This document shows, one piece after another, positions 56,609 to 64,000 of a DNA stretch of 64,000 nucleotides. The notes under the pieces are model-generated. The model saw nothing but the letters and a program-made list of their open reading frames with translations. It did not search any database and was not told the origin of the DNA. Each line of letters starts with the position of its first letter. Position 1 is the stretch's first letter. Both the position numbers and the translations under genes were made by a program. The stretch is from Trueperaceae bacterium (GTDB lineage Bacteria > Deinococcota > Deinococci > Deinococcales > Trueperaceae), in NCBI GenBank assembly GCA_965215565.1, contig CBDCDZ010000004.1, positions 160,001-224,000 of the forward strand, written 5' to 3'.

Positions 56609-57061
56609 TTACTCTACAGCCAGCCCCTCCAACTGCTTAATTTCTTCGATAAACCTGTCCACCGAGTCGAAGTCGCGGTAGACGCTTAGAAAGCGGATGT
56701 AGGCGACGTCATCCAAACTTTTCAAGAACTTGAGCGCGCGAATGCCGATCTCTTCCGCACCGATTTCGGGGCTCTGCACGGTGTCTTCAAAGGTGTAGGC
56801 GAACTCTCTAAGTTGCTTCTCCGTCGCGGGGCGCTTGTTACAGGCGATGCGGAGTTTGTCCAGGAGCTTGTCGGGGTTAAACGCCTCGCGCCGCCCGGAG
56901 CGTTTGGTGACCATCAAGGCTTCGAACTGGGCGCGTTCGTAGGTGGTGAAGCGGCGATTGCAGACGGTGCATTCGCGCCGCCGCCGGATGGCGTTGCCCT
57001 CATCCGAGGGGCGCGAGTTGACGACGCGCGTCTCCAAGGATGAGCAGTAGGGACACTTCAC
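56609..57061 (-). CDS. nrdR: Ribonucleotide reductase repressor
   Basis: KCPYC, IRRRRECTVC.RRFTTYE, ATP cone, AYIRF.SVYR.F. Confidence 0.97.
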   Translation of the reverse strand: MKCPYCSSLETRVVNSRPSDEGNAIRRRRECTVCNRRFTTYERAQFEALMVTKRSGRREAFNPDKLLDKLRIACNKRPATEKQLREFAYTFEDTVQSPEIGAEEIGIRALKFLKSLDDVAYIRFLSVYRDFDSVDRFIEEIKQLEGLAVE

Positions 57062-57096
57062 AGTCTCTTCCTCACGCTACTTTTCGCAGTTCTTTC

Positions 57097-58014
57097 TCAC
57101 GAAACATCCTCCGTGCCGAGTGAAAAATAGTAGCGCTCCATTTCAGAATCGGCGTCGTCATACTCTTCGTCACCCTCAGCGTCATCGTCCATATCTAGGT
57201 CTTCCTCGGACTCTGAATCGTCGCCAAAGTTGTCCTCGTCTAAATCGTCTACGTCCACACCGTCAAGCTCGTCCTCTAGCTCATCCTCTTCGTACAGGCT
57301 CGCCTCGAGGTCATCCTGGCGCACGTTTTCGTCTAACGCCGCGCGCACCTCGGGCAGCAAGGATTCGATGACTTTGGGGGGCGGCGGCAGCTCGACGTAG
57401 AGCCTGTGACCGGAGAGCCCGGTTTGCCTCGAGCCCAGATACAGCACGTTTTGTACCAAAGGCGCGTCGTGTTTAGGGTCCGACGCCGAGCGCGACGGCA
57501 CCACGACGTTGACATTCAGGTTGTCGTAGCGCGATTCGAAGCCCGCCGCCATGCGCGTGATCGCGCCGCGCACCGCCACCATGTGCGGCTCGACGGCGTT
57601 GCGGGGCGGCGCAACCAAGACGAGCCAACTCTCGTTGAGGATGCGCGCGGCGGTTTTAAGGACTAAAAAGGTGCTCTTGAAGTTTTCGTCTAACAGCTCG
57701 CCGAACTCGCCTTCGCCCAGGTCACGAAAGCGCGTGTTGCTCTCGAAACTCGCCACGTGCACCACGCCTGTCAGGTCCCCAAAGATTTCGAACACCTTGT
57801 CGAAGGCGGCTTTGACGTCCATCTGGCTGGTCATGTCGGCTTGAATGGGGATGGCTTGACCGCCCAACTCCTCGATTTCGGCAGCGGTCTTAGAGGCCAA
57901 ATCCACGTCTCTGTCGGCGCAAACGACGTCGTAGTCGGCTTGCCCGTAGGCGAGCGCGACGGCCCTGCCGAAGCCCTGACCCACATTCGTGACGAGGATA
58001 ACACTTACACTCAT
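57097..58014 (-). CDS. Atypical SDR-fold protein with a long acidic C-terminal tail
   Basis: VTNVGQGFGRAVA, ADMT; no YxxxK seen; D/E-rich last ~70 aa. Confidence 0.8.
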   Translation of the reverse strand: MSVSVILVTNVGQGFGRAVALAYGQADYDVVCADRDVDLASKTAAEIEELGGQAIPIQADMTSQMDVKAAFDKVFEIFGDLTGVVHVASFESNTRFRDLGEGEFGELLDENFKSTFLVLKTAARILNESWLVLVAPPRNAVEPHMVAVRGAITRMAAGFESRYDNLNVNVVVPSRSASDPKHDAPLVQNVLYLGSRQTGLSGHRLYVELPPPPKVIESLLPEVRAALDENVRQDDLEASLYEEDELEDELDGVDVDDLDEDNFGDDSESEEDLDMDDDAEGDEEYDDADSEMERYYFSLGTEDVS

Positions 58015-58153
58015 GAAGCCCTAGCATACCTACCTTTGTGCGCGTACACAAGAGCGTGAGGGACAAGGGCAGGCGTTCTCTGCTGATAGGTATTGGCGTA
58101 AGGGTGGTTTTCTGGTCCGCAAGAACGAGTGGAAGGAGGCTCGAGCGCGACCT

Positions 58154-59119
58154 CTACAGGGTTAGAGAACGACTCAAAGCGGTGAAGAGGCCTTTCTCGA
58201 GCCCCGCAATCTCCTGTGCAAGTTCTCCCGCTCGAGCGAGGTGCGCCGCTTGCTCACCCGCCTGAGCGAACGAAACGGCTTTGAGTTCTTGCGCGAGGTT
58301 TGTCCAGAGAGTTCCTGAACGTTCAAAGCCGGTGGTGAGGTCCTTACCGAGTTCTAGAATAGGGGAGACCTCTCCTAAAAAATCGCGGTACAAAAGCCGA
58401 AAGCCGCCCCCACCCGTACCCCGCTTCTCAATCCCTTGATACCCGTACCGCGCTGCCCACGAGAGGTCTGGGAGTTGCGTCCAGTTAGGCAAATCGGCGG
58501 CGAAGCGCCTGAGCCCAGCGAGTCCTTCGTTTTCTGAAGGCGGCTCGAGCATGTACTCAACAGTCTTTCGAATTGCTAGAGGTGCAAGCTCGGCAATGTT
58601 GACCTCTTTAATTTTAGGCGCAGGGGCGTAGTGGTAGGGTTTTAGAAGCGGTGGGCGAGGGTCCTTGACCGCGTCACGGAAGTTGTCCAAAGTCATTTTA
58701 GAGAACCCCTCTGCCGCGATGTCCGCTGTTAAGACCTCTTCAGCTTCTGAACCCACAACGACAAGTCCATGCCCCGTAAAATGTGCGTCGTCGTAATAAG
58801 GAATCGGGTGAATATTGGTCTGCGCCAGAACAGGACGGTTAGACGCTAAAGACTCGGCGATAAGCTCGGGTTGCCAAGAGGTCGCCCACGGAATCGGACA
58901 ACCCACCAAGCGGTAGAAGTTGCCTTCTAAGTCGGGGGCGCGTCCGTTGAAGCGGCGCGTGGGGCTGCTGTTAGGTTCCTCGAGGTAGAAAAACCCCAAG
59001 CCGCTCCCCAAGCCAAAAGTCAGCGCTTCGGAGAGGTTCACACCGTCAAAGGCGAGCACGCTTCTTAACGCGGACGAGGAGCAGTGTGCGCCGACGAGGT
59101 TGGGGAAATTAAGCCTCAC
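58154..59119 (-). CDS. BtrH-N / DUF4872 papain-like protein
   Basis: G.HCSS, SEAL.FGLGSGLGF.Y, HF.GH..VVVG, GTGGGGFR.LY..FL. Confidence 0.82.
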   Translation of the reverse strand: MRLNFPNLVGAHCSSSALRSVLAFDGVNLSEALTFGLGSGLGFFYLEEPNSSPTRRFNGRAPDLEGNFYRLVGCPIPWATSWQPELIAESLASNRPVLAQTNIHPIPYYDDAHFTGHGLVVVGSEAEEVLTADIAAEGFSKMTLDNFRDAVKDPRPPLLKPYHYAPAPKIKEVNIAELAPLAIRKTVEYMLEPPSENEGLAGLRRFAADLPNWTQLPDLSWAARYGYQGIEKRGTGGGGFRLLYRDFLGEVSPILELGKDLTTGFERSGTLWTNLAQELKAVSFAQAGEQAAHLARAGELAQEIAGLEKGLFTALSRSLTL

Positions 59120-59207
59120 GTTATTGACCTTTTCGTTTTTAACCTCTTCACCTCCGGCCTCTTCACCTTTGACCTCTTTGAACCTGACCTCTTCTCAACC
59201 TCTTCGC

Positions 59208-60041
59208 TCAGTCGCCGTACTCATAAAACCCATGCCCACTCTTCCGCCCCAATCGCCCCGCTTCAACCAACTTTCTCAACCCCTGCGTTGGGCGAAAGCG
59301 CTCGCCCACCCCTTCGGTCATCGACTCGGAGATGTAGAGCATGGTGTCTAAACCGACGTAATCGGCAAGCTCAAGAGGTCCCATCGGGTGATTCAGCCCG
59401 AGTTTGACGGCGGTGTCGATGTCTTCGGGTGAGGCGACGCCCTCTTCTAACATCCGCATGGCTTCGGTTAAGAGGGCGGCTAGCGCCCGCGTGGTCACGA
59501 ACCCCTGTCTATCCTGTACGACAACCGTCGTTTTACCGCACCTCTCCGATAAAGTTTGCGTCGCCGCTAGCGTCTCATCCGAAGTCTGCACCGCCCGCAC
59601 GATTTCGATGAGGCTCATGCGCTCGGGCGGGTTGAACCAGTGCATTCCGATGACCTTGTCGGGGCGCTTCGTCGCGGCGGCAATCGCGGTGACGGAGAGT
59701 TCGCTCGTGTTGGTGGCTAGAATGGTGTGCGCGGGCGCAGCTTCGTCCAACTGCGCGAAGAGGGTGCGTTTGAGGTCCAACTTTTCCGGCACCGCTTCAA
59801 TCACATAGTCTGCTCTCGCCACCTCTTCTAAGTTCGAGGTAACAAAAAGACGTTCTAATGCCGCCTCGTCGTTGCGTTTGGCAATGCGTTTTCGTGCTCT
59901 TTCTAAAGCGCTGTCGGAGGGATCGAAAAGATGCACCTCGAGCCCGTTCATCAGAAGGAGTGCGGCGATGCCGCCGCCCATCGTACCTGCGCCGACGACG
60001 GAGACGCGCGCTACGTCTGTTTGAGAGGGTTGACTGTTCAT
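59208..60041 (-). CDS. 3-hydroxybutyryl-CoA (3-hydroxyacyl-CoA) dehydrogenase
   Basis: GAGTMGGGIA, EAVPE, TNTS, GMHWFNP, HPMGPL, LGRKSG.GFY. Confidence 0.95.
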   Translation of the reverse strand: MNSQPSQTDVARVSVVGAGTMGGGIAALLLMNGLEVHLFDPSDSALERARKRIAKRNDEAALERLFVTSNLEEVARADYVIEAVPEKLDLKRTLFAQLDEAAPAHTILATNTSELSVTAIAAATKRPDKVIGMHWFNPPERMSLIEIVRAVQTSDETLAATQTLSERCGKTTVVVQDRQGFVTTRALAALLTEAMRMLEEGVASPEDIDTAVKLGLNHPMGPLELADYVGLDTMLYISESMTEGVGERFRPTQGLRKLVEAGRLGRKSGHGFYEYGD

Positions 60042-60182
60042 ACGTCATTCTATGCCCGCTAAGCGCCACTAGCGCTGTTGTTCTCGCATAGCCGAGCGCA
60101 ACTCTGTTCAAGACCCGGACGCCCAAAGAGGCTATGTTAGGCTGACGAAAGCGTTTCGTTCCACAGCTAAAAGGAGACCTCC

Positions 60183-62039
60183 ATGTCCGACGCATCCTCT
60201 CAGTCCAGCTATCAACCCATCGAAGACTACGGGCTCATCGGCGACATGCACACGGTGGCGCTCGTCGGTGAGGACGGCTCCATCGACTGGTGCTGCTTGC
60301 CCCGCTTCGACTCGCCCTCGGTCTTCGGGGCGATTTTGGACGACGAGAAGGGGGGCAGGTTCAAGCTCGAGATGATCGCCGAGACCGTCACTCACAAGCA
60401 GTTTTACTGGCCTGAGACGAACATCTTGGTCACGCGCTTTTTGTCCGAGGAGGGCGTTGGCGAGGTCACGGACTACATGCCTGTAAGTGACGAAACGTAT
60501 GACATAGGTAAGCGGCAGATTATCAGGACCGTCAAGGCGGTGCGCGGCACGGTGCATTTCAAGATGACCTGTGCGCCCGCCTTTAACTACGCGAGAGATA
60601 CGCATGAGGTCGAGGTGTATGAGGACGGGGTCTGCTTCTCGAGCGAACACCTCAGCTTAGGGCTCTCCGCCGAAGTTCCCTTAGAGAACGGCGGCAGCGC
60701 CGTCACCGCCGAATTTGCGCTCTCTGAGGGTCATACGACCACCTTTGTGCTGCGCGAAATCGGCGAGTTCAGAGGTTGCGGTGACGTCCTTTCTGAGCAG
60801 GGCGCGGTGAAGGTCTTCCGCGAAACGGTCAACTACTGGCGGCGCTGGCTCTCCCAATGTACCTACACTGGGCGCTGGCGCGAGAACGTCCACCGCTCGG
60901 CGCTGGCGCTCAAACTCCTGACCTATAAGCCCACCGGAGCCATCGTCGCCGCGCCTACGACGAGTCTGCCTGAAGGCATCGGCGGCGAGCGCAACTGGGA
61001 CTACCGCTACACCTGGATTCGCGACGCCGCCTTTACGCTCTACGCCTTTTTGCGCATCGGTTTTACGGAAGAGGCGGGCGCATTTATGAAGTATCTGGAA
61101 AAGCTCTGTGAAGAGGACAACGCGAACGGCTACCCCTTGCAAATTATGTACGGCATAGGCGGCGAAAAAACGCTCACCGAAGAGAATTTAGACCATTTAG
61201 AAGGCTACTGCCATTCCAAACCCGTGCGTATCGGCAACGCGGCGCACGACCAGCTTCAACTCGACATCTACGGCGAAATCATGGACGCGATCTACTTATA
61301 CAACAAGTACGGCGCACCGATTTCCTATGACCTCTGGTGCTCGGTGCGCGAGTTCGTGAACTGGGTCTGCGACAACTGGCGTCTCAAAGACGAGGGCGTC
61401 TGGGAGATGCGCGGCGGCAAGCAGCAGTTCGTCTACTCGAACGTGATGTGCTGGGTGGCGGTGGATAGAGGGTTGCGCTTAGCGGACAAGCGCTCCTTCC
61501 CCGCCGACCGCGCCCGCTGGCTCAAGGTGCGCGACGAGATTTACGAGGAGGTTATGACGAAAGGTTGGAGCGAGGAGCGCGAGGTGTTCGTGCAGCACTA
61601 CGAGAGCACCGCTTTGGACGCCGCCAACCTCATCATGCCTCTGGTCTTTTTCATCTCGCCCGTAGACCCGCGAATGCTCAGCACCTTAGACGCCACGCTC
61701 AAAACGCCCGAAGAGGGCGGGCTCGTGTCGAATAGCCTCGTCTACCGCTACAACATCAGCGAGAGCGAGGATGGGCTTTCCGGTGAAGAGGGCACTTTTA
61801 ATATCTGCACCTTTTGGCTCGTCGAGGCGCTGACGCGGGCAGGGCAGCTCGAGACCAGCCGCCTAGAAGACGCCCGTCTCATGTTCGAGCAGATGTTGGG
61901 CTACGCCAACCACCTAGGGCTCTACGCTGAGGAGACCGGGCATCACGGCGAAGCGCTAGGCAACTTTCCGCAAGCGTTTACGCATTTAGCGCTGATTAGC
62001 GCGGCGTATAATTTGGACAGGTCTTTAGGAAGAAGTTGA
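60183..62039 (+). CDS. GH15 glucoamylase/trehalase-like hydrolase
   Basis: [43 protein letters not shown]. Confidence 0.93.
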   Translation: MSDASSQSSYQPIEDYGLIGDMHTVALVGEDGSIDWCCLPRFDSPSVFGAILDDEKGGRFKLEMIAETVTHKQFYWPETNILVTRFLSEEGVGEVTDYMPVSDETYDIGKRQIIRTVKAVRGTVHFKMTCAPAFNYARDTHEVEVYEDGVCFSSEHLSLGLSAEVPLENGGSAVTAEFALSEGHTTTFVLREIGEFRGCGDVLSEQGAVKVFRETVNYWRRWLSQCTYTGRWRENVHRSALALKLLTYKPTGAIVAAPTTSLPEGIGGERNWDYRYTWIRDAAFTLYAFLRIGFTEEAGAFMKYLEKLCEEDNANGYPLQIMYGIGGEKTLTEENLDHLEGYCHSKPVRIGNAAHDQLQLDIYGEIMDAIYLYNKYGAPISYDLWCSVREFVNWVCDNWRLKDEGVWEMRGGKQQFVYSNVMCWVAVDRGLRLADKRSFPADRARWLKVRDEIYEEVMTKGWSEEREVFVQHYESTALDAANLIMPLVFFISPVDPRMLSTLDATLKTPEEGGLVSNSLVYRYNISESEDGLSGEEGTFNICTFWLVEALTRAGQLETSRLEDARLMFEQMLGYANHLGLYAEETGHHGEALGNFPQAFTHLALISAAYNLDRSLGRS

Positions 62040-62110
62040 AGGCAACGAGCAATGAGTAAAGACCTTTGATTTTCACTCATTGCTCGGAACTCATTGCTGC
62101 TTCCCGCTCA

Positions 62111-62935
62111 TTACTTCTTTCTCGGACAATTCTTCCCAATCGGAATACACATCGGCGTGCCGCTCACCGGATCGGGGATGATGCAAGCCTCGAGCCCGAA
62201 CGCCTCTTTGAGGTTATCTGAGGTCATGACCTCTTGCGGCTCTCCTTGCGCGTAGATGTGCCCCGCTTTCATGATGACGAGCGTGTCGGCGTAGCGCGCG
62301 GCTTGGTTGAGGTCATGCAGCACGACGACGATAGAGGTGCCCTGACGCTGGTTGAGTTGGGCGAGCAGGTCCATCACCTCGATCTGATAGGCGAGGTCTA
62401 AGAAAGTTGTGGGCTCGTCCAAGAGCAGCGTGTCTGTCTCCTGTGCTAAGGTCATCGCAATCCAGGCGCGTTGGCGCTGCCCGCCGGAGAGCGCGTCGAG
62501 GGGGCGGTCTGCGAAGTCGGTCATGGTGGTGGTCTCTAATGCCTTTTGTAACGCCCTTTCATCCTCTTTTGACCACTGCTGAAAAAAGCCCTGATGCGGG
62601 TAGCGTCCTTGCGCCACCAACTCGCGCACCGTCAAGCCTTCGGGCGCGTCGGGACCTTGCGGCAAGAGTCCTAAATGCTTGGCAATCTGCTTCGTGGGGA
62701 CCTTTTGGATCGCTTTGCCGTCTAAAGTGATGCCCCCCTCTTTCGGCTTCATGAGCCGCGCAAGCCCGCGCAGCAAGGTGGACTTGCCGCAGCCGTTCGG
62801 TCCAATGAGCGCCGTTACTTTGCCCCGCTCTACTGAGAGGTTGAGGCTGTGAATCACGTCCGTTTTCTCGTACGCTAAGACGAGGTTTTCGGCGCTTAGG
62901 ACGGGTTCGGACGTGGTGTCGTAGCTTGCAATCAT
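62111..62935 (-). CDS. Iron-siderophore ABC ATP-binding protein (FecE/FhuC-like)
   Basis: [40 protein letters not shown]. Confidence 0.95.
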   Translation of the reverse strand: MIASYDTTSEPVLSAENLVLAYEKTDVIHSLNLSVERGKVTALIGPNGCGKSTLLRGLARLMKPKEGGITLDGKAIQKVPTKQIAKHLGLLPQGPDAPEGLTVRELVAQGRYPHQGFFQQWSKEDERALQKALETTTMTDFADRPLDALSGGQRQRAWIAMTLAQETDTLLLDEPTTFLDLAYQIEVMDLLAQLNQRQGTSIVVVLHDLNQAARYADTLVIMKAGHIYAQGEPQEVMTSDNLKEAFGLEACIIPDPVSGTPMCIPIGKNCPRKK

Positions 62936-63004
62936 AAACTTTCCTCTCTCGCTCGAGCCTCTACGTAAAACGAATATGCACAGACAACTCGGAAGAACTT
63001 AGCC

Positions 63005-64000
63005 TCACATATCCCGGTAGCGCCACAGCAGATACATAAAATAGGGTGCGCCAATCACGGCGGTGACGATGCCGGCGGGCAGTTGACTCGGCGCGATGAT
63101 GGTGCGTCCGATGAAGTCAGCAGTGAGAACCATCAAGCCGCCTGTGAAGGCTGTTGCAGGGAGCAACCCTTCGTGCCCAGGACCGACTAAGCGCCGCGTG
63201 ATGTGCGGGGCGACGAGCCCAACGAAGCCAATCGTACCCGCCGCCGCTACCGCGCCCGCTGCGAGGGCGACGCTCAAGAGGATGAGGAAGCCTCTGGTTA
63301 GCTCGAGCCTCAGCCCCAACCCCGCCGCGCTCTCCTCCCCGAGTGCCAATGTATTGAGCTGTCGCGCACTGAGAAAGGTGAGGGGCAGGAGAATGGCGAG
63401 CCACAGCGCCGTCGTGCGCACCTCTTCCCAGCCACGCCCGTACACGCTCCCGGAGAGCCACACGTACGCCCGCTGCACGTCGTTGATGTCGCCGAAAACC
63501 ACCATCAGTGTCGTCAGCGCTTGGAATACGGCAGCGAAGCCGACGCCGATGAGGATGAGGCGCAAGGGCGAACTCCCGCCGCGCCACGCGAAGAGGTAGA
63601 TGAGCGCCGCCGTAACGAGCGCACCCACGAACGCCGCCCAGGGTAGGAGTTGAATCGGGACGTTGTCGAAATAGATGAGGAGCGACACGGCTGCTAACGC
63701 CGCCCCGTTGCTGATGCCCAAAATACCGGGGTCCGCCAGCGCGTTGCGGGTGATGCCTTGCAAAATCGCGCCCGATACCGCGAGTGCCGAGCCGACTAGG
63801 ACCGCTAGCACGATGCGCGGCAACCGAAAGAGGCGCACGACTAAGCGGTGGTCATCGTTGCCCGTTTCCATGCCCAGCGTCGCTTTGATAACGTCAAGAG
63901 GTGCGATGCGGTACTCACCGTAGCTCACGCTCATGACGCCGACGCTTAGCACCAGAAGGAGGAGCACGAAGGTAACAGGCAAGGCGCGCTTGTCGATGCG
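63005..64000 (-). CDS. FecCD-family iron ABC permease (5' end outside the window)
   Basis: RLPR, Q..TRN.LADP.ILG, GFVGL.APH, GAPYF. Confidence 0.93.
   Translation of the reverse strand, partial: RIDKRALPVTFVLLLLVLSVGVMSVSYGEYRIAPLDVIKATLGMETGNDDHRLVVRLFRLPRIVLAVLVGSALAVSGAILQGITRNALADPGILGISNGAALAAVSLLIYFDNVPIQLLPWAAFVGALVTAALIYLFAWRGGSSPLRLILIGVGFAAVFQALTTLMVVFGDINDVQRAYVWLSGSVYGRGWEEVRTTALWLAILLPLTFLSARQLNTLALGEESAAGLGLRLELTRGFLILLSVALAAGAVAAAGTIGFVGLVAPHITRRLVGPGHEGLLPATAFTGGLMVLTADFIGRTIIAPSQLPAGIVTAVIGAPYFMYLLWRYRDM

Noticed and set aside
1..64000. tRNA/rRNA genes, prophage, defence operons
   Set aside because: None recognised; the remaining short overlapping ORFs are alternative-frame noise typical of GC-rich DNA

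Overview
Bacterial chromosomal segment, most likely Deinococcota (Truepera-like). This is inferred from gene content, roughly 60-67% GC coding DNA, and many starts with a TANNNT -10 box just upstream and no Shine-Dalgarno. It carries about 50 mostly housekeeping or metabolic genes: GH3, fabI, glgE / treS-mak / treS, two divergent glnA, Crp + P450, proline catabolism, divIVA-yggS-PNP, aroA-cmk-nadK, nrdR, GH15 and an iron ABC transporter. No rRNA, tRNA or CRISPR array was recognised. The most unusual signal is intergenic. About 14 copies or remnants of a ~111-bp TA-targeting MITE are present, and its TA duplication is shown directly by an insertion in an IS982 transposase. These copies are themselves invaded, often in nested fashion, by ~21-nt mini-elements built on GNA-loop hairpins; one class always inserts 3' of AGTGT without target duplication. 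A second candidate system is a SARP/BTAD-ATPase-TPR regulator with a low-GC 3' end. It contains a SARP-box-like promoter that points at a small charged-peptide gene. All product calls come from motif recognition by eye; no database searches were run.
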